A stretch of 64,000 nt of DNA, from the NCBI GenBank assembly GCA_041744755.1, contig JBGTKC010000087.1:2600-66599 (forward strand). Direction: 5' to 3'. The notes under the pieces were generated by a model. It had not been told where the DNA came from. It made no database searches and was given only the letters and a program-made list of their open reading frames with translations. The stretch's first letter is position 1. Each line of letters opens with the position of its first letter. The position numbers were made by a program, and so were the translations under genes. Positions 36,749 through 46,958 of this stretch are shown here, piece by piece. Source of the DNA: Saprospiraceae bacterium (GTDB lineage: Bacteria > Bacteroidota > Bacteroidia > Chitinophagales > Saprospiraceae).

Positions 36749-38032
36749 TTAGTCTACGTTGAGTCCGAGGTACTGCGTCCAGCGGCTCTCGCGCCAGACG
36801 CCCCCGGTGAAGGTACCGACCGGGACACCTACCAGTGGCACGCCGGCGGCACAGAGGTTTACCCCCATGCCCGCGAGCGAGCGCTTGGGCATAGTGAACG
36901 GTTGATCGGGCAGGAAAAAAGTGAGTTCGGCATTTGCACCGTCTCGGATCGAGATGGGCGTAAACCCGGCGAGCCGTCGATTAGCCACCGCTAAATAGTA
37001 CAAGACATCCTCTGCCTCGCCCATCGCCGTCCGCGCGATCGCAAAGGTTTGCTCGATTGTCGCCGCGCCAAAGGCGGCGTACGGGAACTCCACGCGCTTT
37101 GACTCCATGTCCTGCGGGCGGTGATTGCTCACTAGCGCATCTGCCGAACGTGAGGCCACTGCGTCCCTGAGGGCATTACGGTCCGCGGAAGACCGCAAGG
37201 GGGGCCAGAGTTTCGCGTCGGGATCGTAGTCCCGCAGGGCGGTATCGTCCAACAAAAGGTGCGCAACCGCCAAGCCGTAGCTGAGTCCGGGGTGGAGGGT
37301 TTTGGCGAAAGCCGCCTGTCGGACCGTCTCCGCCAGGGTCAAAACCGGCACGTGGAGTCTGCCGCCGCGGTAGTCCAGCAGCGCGAGATCCCGCTGCAAC
37401 CCAATCACCTCCGCCATTGCGGGCAGTCCGACGACCCCGAGCATCGTACTCACGAGCCCCTCGTGCATCTGTCCTTGGCCCTCGAGGCGGCGCTCGCCCG
37501 GCTGCGCCACCACGGTTGCGTCGAACGCTTGGGTATACGCGAGGGCGAGCTGGAGGAGCTTCGCATCTTGAACGGCCCTGAGACCATCGCCAAAGAACGT
37601 ACACCCTGCCTCGACCAGCTCTCCGATCTCGGACAGCTGGTGGCCCTCGCCCCCGCGGCTCAATGCGCCGATGAGGTGGAGGCTTACGCCAAAACGCTGA
37701 TCGGCCAGCGCGAGCACGCCTCTTGCCGCAGTGCCGGTGTCGAGCGTCGGCACGGTGTCGGCGTAGGCGAGGACGCGGGTAAAGCCCCCGGTGGATGCCG
37801 CGGCGAGGAAGGCGTTCAGCGTCTCCCTCTGCTCGTGCCCGGGTTCGTGCACGGCGGCCCCCACGTCTACCCAGCCCGCCGAAACATGGAGTCCGGGGAA
37901 AGCAAGAGTACGGACGCCTGCGGGACGCGACTCAGGATTTAGGGTCACGCGACCGCCGTCGACCAGCAAATCCACCGTCTTTCCGTGGTGCTCGCCGTCG
38001 GGATCGTAGACCGTGACTGAGGTAAAGAGCAT
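36749..38032 (-). CDS. Dihydroorotase-like cyclic amidohydrolase (paralog of pyrC)
   Basis: 427 aa from ATG 38032. GWVDVGAAVHEPGHEQRETL...GGFT aligns with the pyrC N-terminal metal region. Amidohydrolase fold throughout. Confidence 0.75.
   Translation of the reverse strand: MLFTSVTVYDPDGEHHGKTVDLLVDGGRVTLNPESRPAGVRTLAFPGLHVSAGWVDVGAAVHEPGHEQRETLNAFLAAASTGGFTRVLAYADTVPTLDTGTAARGVLALADQRFGVSLHLIGALSRGGEGHQLSEIGELVEAGCTFFGDGLRAVQDAKLLQLALAYTQAFDATVVAQPGERRLEGQGQMHEGLVSTMLGVVGLPAMAEVIGLQRDLALLDYRGGRLHVPVLTLAETVRQAAFAKTLHPGLSYGLAVAHLLLDDTALRDYDPDAKLWPPLRSSADRNALRDAVASRSADALVSNHRPQDMESKRVEFPYAAFGAATIEQTFAIARTAMGEAEDVLYYLAVANRRLAGFTPISIRDGANAELTFFLPDQPFTMPKRSLAGMGVNLCAAGVPLVGVPVGTFTGGVWRESRWTQYLGLNVD
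37299..37313 (+). repeat. Exact copy of GTTTTGGCGAAAGCC
   Basis: Inside the DHOase-like CDS, antisense. The gene reads AFAKT. Confidence 0.9.
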
Positions 38033-38085
38033 TGCCGTCGACACGGCGGCGAAGTTATTCGCGGACGTTAAAGCCGACCGCACGT

Positions 38086-40137
38086 TTATACACCGCGGGG
38101 TGGGATCGCGGTCGCGGTGGCGTTCGGGCGCCAGAAGCGGAGAACGAGCGCCTCGGCGATAAGCGCGAGCAGCGCGAGCGCGACGAGGGTCGGCCACCAC
38201 GGCTTCCCGAGGGCGCCCGCCCCAAGTCCAGCCTGTAGGCCCGCAGCCGAATCTCCGTCGTAAACGCTCAACCCAGCCTCAGCGAGCGCGGCGGCAGAGT
38301 GGAAGCTCATCGGACTCTCGGCCCGACTGTAGTTGAATCCCAGTACGGCCAACGTGGAATCGGCGGGGTCGATCAGGGCGAAGTGCCCTGCGCGCGTCGG
38401 GGTCTGCCCGAAGGATACGGTGGCGACGCTGCCGAGGGTCCGCTGGGGGGGGACGAAACTCTCCTGTCCGGAACGTAGCGTGAGGGCGCCCTCGCCCACG
38501 CTCGCAACCGGAACTTCGAAGGCGCCGACCTGCCCTATCGTATAGGCGATCGCCCGCGCGGCGCCCCCAGAGTAAGCCATGCGGTAAAGCATCGGCACGA
38601 ATATCTCCGCGGACCTCGCGAAGTCACTTACGTCGGCATCTAGTGGCGCAGCACTCAGGTACGCGATCCCTCGACCAGCGGCGCTCCCGACGACGAAGGG
38701 CGAACCGTCGCGAAACGAGAGCAGCGTCTCATCCCCTGCGCCCCCGATGTTGAAGCGGAGTTTGCTCTGCGGGAGGCGCATATTGTCCGGTAGGCGGTCG
38801 AACACCTCAGCGAAGACGAAAGACCGAGTGTTGACGCGTCCCCCCACGAACTCACCGGTTTCAGGGCTGCGCAATGGAGGTAGCCCGAGCGCTGCGAGGA
38901 GCGGGCCGTACCCAGTCCCAGGTGCCGCGGCCGCGGCAGACGGGAAGATCATGACTTTCCCCCCCAGCTCCACGGCCTCCCCGAGGGCTTGCACCAGGCC
39001 GCTGGGTAGTTGCGCGACGCCGTCGAGGATCACCAGGTCGTAGCTACGCAACTGGCTATAGTTCACGTTGGAGCTCCGCTCCGTCGAAAGCGCCACAGTG
39101 CCATCGGGCGGGAAGGCGGCACGCAACTGCGCGCGCGCCTCAGCGTCGGAGATCACGAGGGCGCGGAGGCGGTCGCGGACCTCGAACGCGATGTAGTAGC
39201 GGTCGTCGAACTCAATCGGGAAGTCGGTGATGGCGATCTCTGCGCGGACCCAGCCCGCGCGTGCGACCGAGAGGATCAGCGTGTCGCTGACCGTCGCACC
39301 GGCCGGGACCCTTCTGAGGCCAAAGGGCTGCGCGCTGCCGTCGATCACGGCGCTGAGCTTGACGGCCTCAGCGTCCTCGGTCCCGTGATTCGTCATCTCG
39401 ACCACGATGGCAACGGGCTCGCCGAGCAGCTGGAGCGGACTCAAGAGATAAGCCGAGTCAATACTCAAGTTGCGCAGCTCTAAGGCCGCGATCGGTAGCG
39501 CGGCCACGGATCGCATGGTGTCGGAGGTGAATATCGAGAGATCGAACTGCGTGCGCTGGAAATCCGAAATTAGGTAGGTGGGCGTGTATTCGTCGATAGT
39601 TCCGTCGCGAGGCATGGTTCGAGACAGGAGCTGGGCGCCGGTCTGGGGGCTTACGCCAAAACCTATCCCCTCCACTGCGGCCAGGGCGTCCTCGCGCCCG
39701 TACCACCTGGTAGAAGCGCCGTCGAGGTCGTTGGTGACGAGCCGAAACTCCGTTGCCTCGCCGTAGGCCCGGATAATGTCGCGCGCTCGCTGTTTTGCCT
39801 TATCGAGTAAGGTGACCTCGGAGGTGCGAGCCGACATACTCTGGCTATTGTCGACGACGATGTTGATGCGCGGCGGGGCCACGGCCTCCGAGCCATTAGC
39901 GGCCACGAATGGCTGCGCGAAGGCGACGACGAGGGCGGCGAACGCCAGTAGTCGCAGTGAGAGCACCAATAGGTTCCTGATCCGTGAGCGCCGCTGGGTC
40001 TCGTCACGGACCTCGGTCAAGAAGCGTACGTTGCTGAACTCCACGCGTTTGAACCTCCGGAAGTAGAACAGGTGGACCAAGATCGGGACCGCCAGGGCGG
40101 CGAGCGCCCAGAGGATGGCCGGTGACAACAGTTGCAT
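38086..40137 (-). CDS. BatA-N domain (double-TM N-terminus) protein
   Basis: MQLLSPAILWALAALAVPILVHLFYFRRFKRVEFSNVRFL is the aerotolerance-regulator N-terminal signature. C-terminal TM. 683 aa. Confidence 0.8.
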   Translation of the reverse strand: MQLLSPAILWALAALAVPILVHLFYFRRFKRVEFSNVRFLTEVRDETQRRSRIRNLLVLSLRLLAFAALVVAFAQPFVAANGSEAVAPPRINIVVDNSQSMSARTSEVTLLDKAKQRARDIIRAYGEATEFRLVTNDLDGASTRWYGREDALAAVEGIGFGVSPQTGAQLLSRTMPRDGTIDEYTPTYLISDFQRTQFDLSIFTSDTMRSVAALPIAALELRNLSIDSAYLLSPLQLLGEPVAIVVEMTNHGTEDAEAVKLSAVIDGSAQPFGLRRVPAGATVSDTLILSVARAGWVRAEIAITDFPIEFDDRYYIAFEVRDRLRALVISDAEARAQLRAAFPPDGTVALSTERSSNVNYSQLRSYDLVILDGVAQLPSGLVQALGEAVELGGKVMIFPSAAAAAPGTGYGPLLAALGLPPLRSPETGEFVGGRVNTRSFVFAEVFDRLPDNMRLPQSKLRFNIGGAGDETLLSFRDGSPFVVGSAAGRGIAYLSAAPLDADVSDFARSAEIFVPMLYRMAYSGGAARAIAYTIGQVGAFEVPVASVGEGALTLRSGQESFVPPQRTLGSVATVSFGQTPTRAGHFALIDPADSTLAVLGFNYSRAESPMSFHSAAALAEAGLSVYDGDSAAGLQAGLGAGALGKPWWPTLVALALLALIAEALVLRFWRPNATATAIPPRGV

Positions 40138-40400
40138 GCGGTAGAGCTGGACCCACGCCCGGAGCCGGAGCCGGACGGGGCGGGATGTAGGCGACCCGAC
40201 GGGGAGCGGGTACCGATTATACGACGCATCCTACGGCTGGGTTGTTGCGAGTCACAACCGCGCTAATTTCATTGACCTTGCGTTACAATCTACCGGGATC
40301 GGGTACGGCGCGAAGCTGCGATAACCCAATAGCTTTGCAACACCAAGCGAGACCTCGGCGTCCTAGGCGCCAGCTTCGCGAGCACACACACCTCTCTGAA

Positions 40401-42596
40401 ATGGACATCGAATTTTTCCTTAATACGCTCCTGCGTCGCAAGTGGCTTATCATCGGCGCGTCCCTGCTCGCCGCGGTCGTCACGGTGGCGGTCATGTTGC
40501 AGTTGCCACCGGAGTACCGCGCCAACGCGCAGGTGCAGACCGGAATTATCGACTACCGTGGCGTGCGCCTCACGCGCTCGAGTGACTTCGTGCAAAAGTT
40601 CCAGGTCGACAATGCGTTCGCGAACTTGATCACCGAGATGACCGGTCGCGCCACGCTCAGCAAGCTCACGGCACGCGTCCTGATGCACGACCTCCAGGCC
40701 GATGTCCCCTTCCGCACGGCCGACACTGAGGTTCTCTCGAAGCTGGGACTCGACCGCGAACAGGCGGCCAAGGTAGTGCTCGTCAACAAAGAAGCGGCCT
40801 CCGCAGCGTCAGACCCCATCGACGCCGCCGCCAAGGAAGCCGAGACCAACCGCCTCGCCACGGCTTACAACTACGATTTCAACAAACTCCGCGGCCTGAT
40901 GCAGGTGCAGCGCCTCGGGGAGACCGACTACCTCGACATCAGCTTCAAAACCGAAAGCCCCGAGCTGAGCTACTTTCTCGTCACCGAGTATATCAAGATG
41001 TTCATCACGGACTTTAAGCTCGACCAAAGTTCTGAGGAGCTGCGCGACTTGACTTTCTACTCCGGACGAGTAGACAAGAAAAAAAGGGAAATCGACAGTC
41101 TCCAGCAGGTCGTCGACAACTACCGCCGCGGCAACTCCGTGGTCGACCTCACTGAGCAGCAGGCTTCCGTCGTGTCGCAGATCTCCCAAATCGAGATGGC
41201 CATCGAACAACGCCGAAAGGAGATCCGTGGGTATGAAAATGCCGTGAGCCAAGTCGGGGAAGGTGCCGACAAGGGCTCCAGCGAGATCTCTCGCCGCAGG
41301 GGGTCGGTCGCTGCGGCGAACTCGGAGCTGGACCGGACCAAGCGAGAGCTCCTCGCCCTCACCGAGCAGTTGAGCGATCCCGGGGTGGACGTGGGAAGTT
41401 TGGAGCGCCGCATTGAGGACAAAAAGGCCGAACTCGACACTCGAGTCCAGCGGGTCTCAGCGCTCAAGCGCCTCGAGGATTCCCGAATCACCGACCGCGT
41501 TGAGAGCCTCCGGGACCGCGAACTCGATGCCAGCATCGAGCTGCGCGCAGCCCGGGCGGCCGTTGCCTCTATGCAGGCCGAAGCCAGTCGCCTGCGGGGG
41601 CGGGCCTCCTCGCTCGTCAACAACGAGGCCTTTCTCTCGCAGCTCAGTATCGAGCTCGAAACGCTGCGCGCAGAGTACAACAACCTCATAGGGGAGCGGG
41701 ACAAATCCGAGGTCATCTACACTCGTAGCGAGCACCCGCTGGCCGTAGTGGAGCCGCCGCAGGTACCCGAGGACCACGAGAGCCGCCAGATCCCCCTCGT
41801 GGCCGCCTTCAGCTCGGTAGCCATGGCCACGTTGATGTCGATCGGACTCTTTCTGATGGCCTTGCTCGACCGACGCCTGCGTAGCCCCGACCAGATGCGC
41901 TCGATCCTCAATCGCGATCCGGTGGTCTCGCTCGCCGCGATCGACACTAAGAAGTTTAGCCTCTCGCGTCTCTTCGGGCGCGATGCCCTACCCGAGGAGG
42001 AGCGCCGGTGGCTTGAGGGGATCCGCTCCCTGCGCTACGAGGTCGAGCAATCCGGCAGACACGTCGTGCAGGTCACGAGCCTCGTTCCAGGCGCCGGCAA
42101 GTCGATGGTGCTGGCCGGACTTGCCACCGCCCTCGGCAAGGCCAACAACCGCGTGCTGATCATCGACGCCAATTTCAAGAGCAACACCCTCAGCGCGCAC
42201 AACAACGTTACCCCGATCGCGCACCCGTTCGAGATGGGTTTCGATCCGAAACTCCTACCCCGGGCCACAGCATGGTTCGACATCACCGACATTGACGTCA
42301 TCGGCAACCTCGGGGGGAGTCGATCTCTCATGGAGGTGGTGGCGGGGACAGACCTCGCCGATAAACTGGTCTCCTTGCGCCAGCGCTACGATTACATCCT
42401 TTTAGAAAGCGCGTCCATGGACTTGTACGCCGACAGCCGCGAACTCGCCGAATACACGGAAGGCATAGTTTGTGTACTGGACGCCCGACAGAAGATCAAT
42501 GCGACCGATCGCGACTCCCTCGCCTGGCTCGACGCCCAGGGGGACAAGATGCTCGGCGTGGTCCTCAACCACGTCGATCTCAAGTTGCTCAAATAA
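40401..42596 (+). CDS. Polysaccharide chain-length determinant / tyrosine autokinase-like protein (Wzc/GumC family)
   Basis: Wzz-like N-terminus with TM, long coiled-coil, second TM, and a C-terminal P-loop domain (SLVPGAGKSMV, VLIIDANF). ATG at 40401. There is no Tyr-rich tail. Confidence 0.8.
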   Translation: MDIEFFLNTLLRRKWLIIGASLLAAVVTVAVMLQLPPEYRANAQVQTGIIDYRGVRLTRSSDFVQKFQVDNAFANLITEMTGRATLSKLTARVLMHDLQADVPFRTADTEVLSKLGLDREQAAKVVLVNKEAASAASDPIDAAAKEAETNRLATAYNYDFNKLRGLMQVQRLGETDYLDISFKTESPELSYFLVTEYIKMFITDFKLDQSSEELRDLTFYSGRVDKKKREIDSLQQVVDNYRRGNSVVDLTEQQASVVSQISQIEMAIEQRRKEIRGYENAVSQVGEGADKGSSEISRRRGSVAAANSELDRTKRELLALTEQLSDPGVDVGSLERRIEDKKAELDTRVQRVSALKRLEDSRITDRVESLRDRELDASIELRAARAAVASMQAEASRLRGRASSLVNNEAFLSQLSIELETLRAEYNNLIGERDKSEVIYTRSEHPLAVVEPPQVPEDHESRQIPLVAAFSSVAMATLMSIGLFLMALLDRRLRSPDQMRSILNRDPVVSLAAIDTKKFSLSRLFGRDALPEEERRWLEGIRSLRYEVEQSGRHVVQVTSLVPGAGKSMVLAGLATALGKANNRVLIIDANFKSNTLSAHNNVTPIAHPFEMGFDPKLLPRATAWFDITDIDVIGNLGGSRSLMEVVAGTDLADKLVSLRQRYDYILLESASMDLYADSRELAEYTEGIVCVLDARQKINATDRDSLAWLDAQGDKMLGVVLNHVDLKLLK

Positions 42597-44030
42597 TTGC
42601 ACTCCTTCGCATCCGAAGTCATTGATGCCCCGGGCGTCTTCGCCCCCGAGGGAGGTCCGGCAGCGCCGAGGCGCAGTCGAGGTGAGCTCATCCGCAGTGG
42701 CCTCTACGCCATGGGCGACCGCGTAGCCGCGCTCGTCTTCGGGTTTGGCTCAATGTGGATGCTTACGCGGATGACGTCCGTGCCCCTGTTCGGGGTGTGG
42801 GTCTTCTTCCAGGGTTTCGTCGCCACGGTGGAGGTGGCGAGGAGTGGACTTATCCAGAATGCGCTAATTCGGTACCTGACGACGACAGTAGGTTCGGAGC
42901 ACGGTCGGATCTACGGAGGGGCATGGTTGCTCAATGGCGTGATTGCGCTAATTGGTGCGGCCGTCCTTTGGTTCGCAGGTGACGGGCTGGAGGTTTGGCT
43001 GCACTACGATGGCCTAGGGCTGCTTACGAAAATCTATGCGGTTACCTTCCTCGCCACCACGCCTATGTGGCAATACAACTACCTCCAGCAGTCCCACCTA
43101 GAGTTCCGGGGGCCTTTCTGGACTACTGTCCTACGGTACAGCACGATGTTCGTTTTGACGGCGGCTATGTATTTCGGCTACTACGAAGTCGATCTCGACG
43201 CGTTGGCCGTCCTCACTACCCTCGCCTACGGACAGCTCGTGGCCGCGACCCTCGGCGCCGCAATTTCGTACGCCTACGCGCGGGAGTTTTTGCCGGAAGG
43301 CGTAACCCTCGACTGGACTTGGGCGCGCAAGCTCATTGACTACGGCAAATACGTGTTCGGGACCAACCTGAGCTCCATGCTCTACAAGCAGGTCGACACC
43401 GCCATGCTGGGGGCCTTGCTCGCGAGTGCTAGCCCCGCAGCCATCTACGGGCTCGCCATCCGGATCACGAGCTTCGTCGACGTCCCGACGCTCGCGGTCG
43501 CCTCGATCGTGTTCCCCGAATCTTCGCGCGCCAGTGCCGACGGGGGGCCGAATGCGCAGGCGCGGATGTACGAACGCGCGGTGGCCGGCATCCTATCGCT
43601 GACATTACCGGCGCTGGTGCTGGTGGGGTTGCTGCCGGGTCTGCTCGTGTCGATAGCCGGCGGCGACAAATATGCCGCATCGATCCCCGTGCTTCAGGTC
43701 ACGGTGTTATTTAGCTTATTTATCCCTTTCGCCAATCAATTCGGTACGCTGTTGGATGCCTCCGGGGCGCCGGAGCTCAATTTTCGCTACACATTGGCGG
43801 GAATGTTGCTGAATGTCGTGTTTAACTACCTGTTCATCTCCAATATGGGCGTTATCGGCGCGCCGCTCGGGACTTTGGCCACGTACGTGGTGATGTTCGC
43901 GTTCATGCAACGGCTCCTAAATAAGCGTTTTGGCGTAAGCCTCACCAACGTCGCCCGTGCGCTGCCGGCGACGTACGCCAGCCTCTTCGCGTTCGCGCGC
44001 CAAAAGCTCAAACTCCAACCCCAGCCATGA
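42597..44030 (+). CDS. Oligosaccharide flippase (MOP/Wzx family)
   Basis: 477 aa, about 12 TM. TTG start immediately after the wzc-like stop. Confidence 0.72.
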   Translation: MHSFASEVIDAPGVFAPEGGPAAPRRSRGELIRSGLYAMGDRVAALVFGFGSMWMLTRMTSVPLFGVWVFFQGFVATVEVARSGLIQNALIRYLTTTVGSEHGRIYGGAWLLNGVIALIGAAVLWFAGDGLEVWLHYDGLGLLTKIYAVTFLATTPMWQYNYLQQSHLEFRGPFWTTVLRYSTMFVLTAAMYFGYYEVDLDALAVLTTLAYGQLVAATLGAAISYAYAREFLPEGVTLDWTWARKLIDYGKYVFGTNLSSMLYKQVDTAMLGALLASASPAAIYGLAIRITSFVDVPTLAVASIVFPESSRASADGGPNAQARMYERAVAGILSLTLPALVLVGLLPGLLVSIAGGDKYAASIPVLQVTVLFSLFIPFANQFGTLLDASGAPELNFRYTLAGMLLNVVFNYLFISNMGVIGAPLGTLATYVVMFAFMQRLLNKRFGVSLTNVARALPATYASLFAFARQKLKLQPQP

Positions 44031-45271
44031 ATACGTCAACTCTCCCGGACATCGTCTTCTACGCCATGCAGCCCTGGGAAAACGAGTACCCGAGCCCGAG
44101 CCTCGGCCTCGCGCGGGCGCTCGCCGTCCATACCCGCGTATGGTACGTGTCGCAGCCGCCGACCTGGCGTGACGTACTGACGGGTTCGAGTAAACGCTCG
44201 CGACCAGCCGGGGTCTACGCCGAACGAGGGGAGCAGGACTCGACGGTGCAAGTGGTCGAACTTCCGGCGATTCTCCCGGTCAATGCCCTGCCGCCCTCAT
44301 CAAAGATCTACGACATCCTGCGGGCGAGGGTCGACGTGGCCCTCAACAGATCACTGCGCCAGGTGATGCTCGAGCACGGCGTTGGCGACTTCCTCTGGAT
44401 CAATATGTTTGCCCCGACGCAGTTTGTCACCGTCGACCTCCACCGCCCAGCGCTGTCGCGGACCTACTACACGATCGACGCCCTCGAGACCAACTGGTAC
44501 ACCGGACGCCACGGGCCCCGGTACGAGGCCATCCAGTGCGCCCACTCCGACATGGCCCTGGGCACCGGTAGTCAGCTAGGCAAACTCCTCGTGAGCTACA
44601 CCACGGACGACGGCACCGTCAGCATCGCCCCCGATCGCGTCCACGTCCTTCCGAACGCGATGGCGGCCGATATCTACCTCGAGAACACGGACGATCCCGA
44701 ACCGGCGGACCTGCGAGGCATCCCGCACCCGAGGGTAGGCTTCGTCGGCAACCTCGACGACGGCCGCATCGACTACGCCGGTCTGCTGGCTTTCGCCAAA
44801 ACCCGCCCCGACGTACAGTTGGTGTTCGTCGGACCGTGGAACCACGACGCCGCCACGAAGCAGGCTTTCGACGCCACGCCGAACATACACCTGCTCGGTC
44901 GCCGCGACCAGCGCGAGTGCCCGGCCTACCTGCGGAACTACGACATCTGCATGATCCCGTTCGCGATCAATGACCAGACGGCGGCTATATACCCCCTGAA
45001 GATCAATGAGTACCTCGCGATTGGCAAGCCGGTGCTCGCGACGCCCTTCAGCGAGGACATTCAAGACTTCCGGCGGAACATCACGCTCGCCCCGATCGAA
45101 GACTGGGGCAAGTTGGTGGAAGTGACCATCGACGGCCACACGGACGCACAGCGGGATGCGAACGTCAAGCGCGCCTCCGAGAACACCTGGGCCGACAGAG
45201 CCGTGCAATTTTTGGACCTTGCGGGCTACGCGACGGCGCGGTCGCTACAGCCCTCCCCACAAACGATATGA
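44027..45271 (+). CDS. Glycosyltransferase (GT-B fold, GT1/GT4-like)
   Basis: C-terminal KINEYLAIGKPVLAT motif typical of GT4-type enzymes. ATGA overlap with the flippase. Confidence 0.7.
   Translation: MNTSTLPDIVFYAMQPWENEYPSPSLGLARALAVHTRVWYVSQPPTWRDVLTGSSKRSRPAGVYAERGEQDSTVQVVELPAILPVNALPPSSKIYDILRARVDVALNRSLRQVMLEHGVGDFLWINMFAPTQFVTVDLHRPALSRTYYTIDALETNWYTGRHGPRYEAIQCAHSDMALGTGSQLGKLLVSYTTDDGTVSIAPDRVHVLPNAMAADIYLENTDDPEPADLRGIPHPRVGFVGNLDDGRIDYAGLLAFAKTRPDVQLVFVGPWNHDAATKQAFDATPNIHLLGRRDQRECPAYLRNYDICMIPFAINDQTAAIYPLKINEYLAIGKPVLATPFSEDIQDFRRNITLAPIEDWGKLVEVTIDGHTDAQRDANVKRASENTWADRAVQFLDLAGYATARSLQPSPQTI
44788..44802 (-). repeat. Exact copy of GTTTTGGCGAAAGCC
   Basis: Inside the glycosyltransferase CDS (plus strand), antisense. 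The gene reads AFAKT. Confidence 0.9.
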
Positions 45272-45379
45272 AAGAGCGCGACCTCAGTCGGATGCAGGCC
45301 CTACAGCAGATCGTCGCGATCGCACTCGTGGTAACCCTGCTCGTGGGCTACTTCCTGAAGTGCGTTTTTATCTAACCCT

Positions 45380-46897
45380 ATGAATTTACCGACGACTGGA
45401 CGGACCGAGGGCGCACTCTCGGCTAGCCTCACGGACAAGCTGCCCTGGCTGTTTGCCGCCGTGCTACTGGTGGCATTCGGCCTCATGGTCGGCGTTCTGG
45501 AATGGCGATTTGCCATTATGGGGATGGCTGCCCTGACGGTGGCGCCGCTGTTCCTCTTCGGGTTCCTACGGCTCGACATTGGCGTACTCTTCACGCTGTT
45601 GATTGGCTTTTCCGTGGAGTTCGTCCGCAAATACTCTGATGCGCCTATCGGGGTGGCCCTAGATGGACTTACGCTCGTGTTTGCCCTCAGTATGCTCGCG
45701 GGAATCGCCAAGTCTAGGGAGTTTGCCGCCGCCAGGCACCCGATCAGCGTAATGGTTTTAATCTGGTTATACTACTGCGCCGTGCAGGCCATAAACCCCG
45801 AACCTACGGCCCACCGGATGGCCTGGTTGTATACCGTTCGTTCGCTCGGCGGTCTCATGTTTCTCTATTTCGTAGCGGTCTATGGTTTAGATACACTCCC
45901 TAAAGTGAAGCGTGCCATAAAAGCGATATTGGCCCTGGGCACACTTGCAGCGTTTTATGGTCTGAAGCAAGAGTTCCTGGGCTTTAGCCCCCAAGAGCTC
46001 GCCTGGCTGTACTCAGATGAGTTGCGTCTCGAGCTCATCCAACAGTGGGGTCGCCTCAGGATCTTTAGCTTTTTCAGCGACCCTACCACCCTCGGCATCG
46101 TGATGGCCTACCTGACGTGCATGTGTGTCGCCTTGCTGTTCGGCCCTTACAAGGTATGGCAGAAAGCGATTCTGGCGATCGGGGCGGTCGCGATGGTCGC
46201 CGCGATGGCGTACGCTGGATCCCGCACTCCGATCGTCGTTTTGCCGGCAGGCCTCTTCTTCTTCGTCATCCTGATGCCGAAGCGAAACGTCTTGCTCATC
46301 ACCGCGGTACTATTTACGTTCGGGACTCTGGCCATGCTTAAGTCGTCGAGCAATCCAGTAATGTTCCGCATTCAGTCGGCCTTCAAGCCCGGCGAGGATG
46401 CGTCCGTTCAGGTACGGATGGACAACCAGCGCTTCGTGCAGCCCTTCATCCAATCGCACCCCGTGGGATCGGGCTTGGGGACGACCGGCGAATGGGGTCG
46501 GCGTTTCGCGCCGAACTTTTGGCTTGCGCACTTCGCGCACGATAGCGGGTTGGTGCGTATCGCCGTGGAGGCTGGTTACGTGGGTCTCTTGATCTACGAG
46601 GTCTTCCTCGGCGTGGTTCTAATTAGTGGGATACGGCAAGTCTTCAGGGTCCGCGATCCCGTGATCAAGAATTTGAGCGTCGCAATAGTATTAGTCATGT
46701 TTTGCCTGACGCTAGCGAGCTACCCGCAGGAGGCGATCCCGATGCTGCCGAGTTCAATTATTTTCTACATTCTGCTGGCTTGCCTGGTCCGTCTCGACTA
46801 CTTCGACAAGCAGGAGCGTATCCTAGCCGGCAGGGGTGTGGAGAACGCCCGAGCTGCCGTCCCTACGCGGCACACGCCCGCCGCGCTGACGGTCTAA
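45380..46897 (+). CDS. O-antigen ligase/polymerase family membrane protein (Wzy_C)
   Basis: 505 aa, polytopic. AMAYAGSRTP loop motif. Visibly lower GC than neighbouring genes. Confidence 0.8.
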   Translation: MNLPTTGRTEGALSASLTDKLPWLFAAVLLVAFGLMVGVLEWRFAIMGMAALTVAPLFLFGFLRLDIGVLFTLLIGFSVEFVRKYSDAPIGVALDGLTLVFALSMLAGIAKSREFAAARHPISVMVLIWLYYCAVQAINPEPTAHRMAWLYTVRSLGGLMFLYFVAVYGLDTLPKVKRAIKAILALGTLAAFYGLKQEFLGFSPQELAWLYSDELRLELIQQWGRLRIFSFFSDPTTLGIVMAYLTCMCVALLFGPYKVWQKAILAIGAVAMVAAMAYAGSRTPIVVLPAGLFFFVILMPKRNVLLITAVLFTFGTLAMLKSSSNPVMFRIQSAFKPGEDASVQVRMDNQRFVQPFIQSHPVGSGLGTTGEWGRRFAPNFWLAHFAHDSGLVRIAVEAGYVGLLIYEVFLGVVLISGIRQVFRVRDPVIKNLSVAIVLVMFCLTLASYPQEAIPMLPSSIIFYILLACLVRLDYFDKQERILAGRGVENARAAVPTRHTPAALTV

Positions 46898-46958
46898 TAT
46901 TTGCACGCCTCTCTCCCGGGTGGCAATTCCGACCTCATGCCATAATTATGCAGCACCC

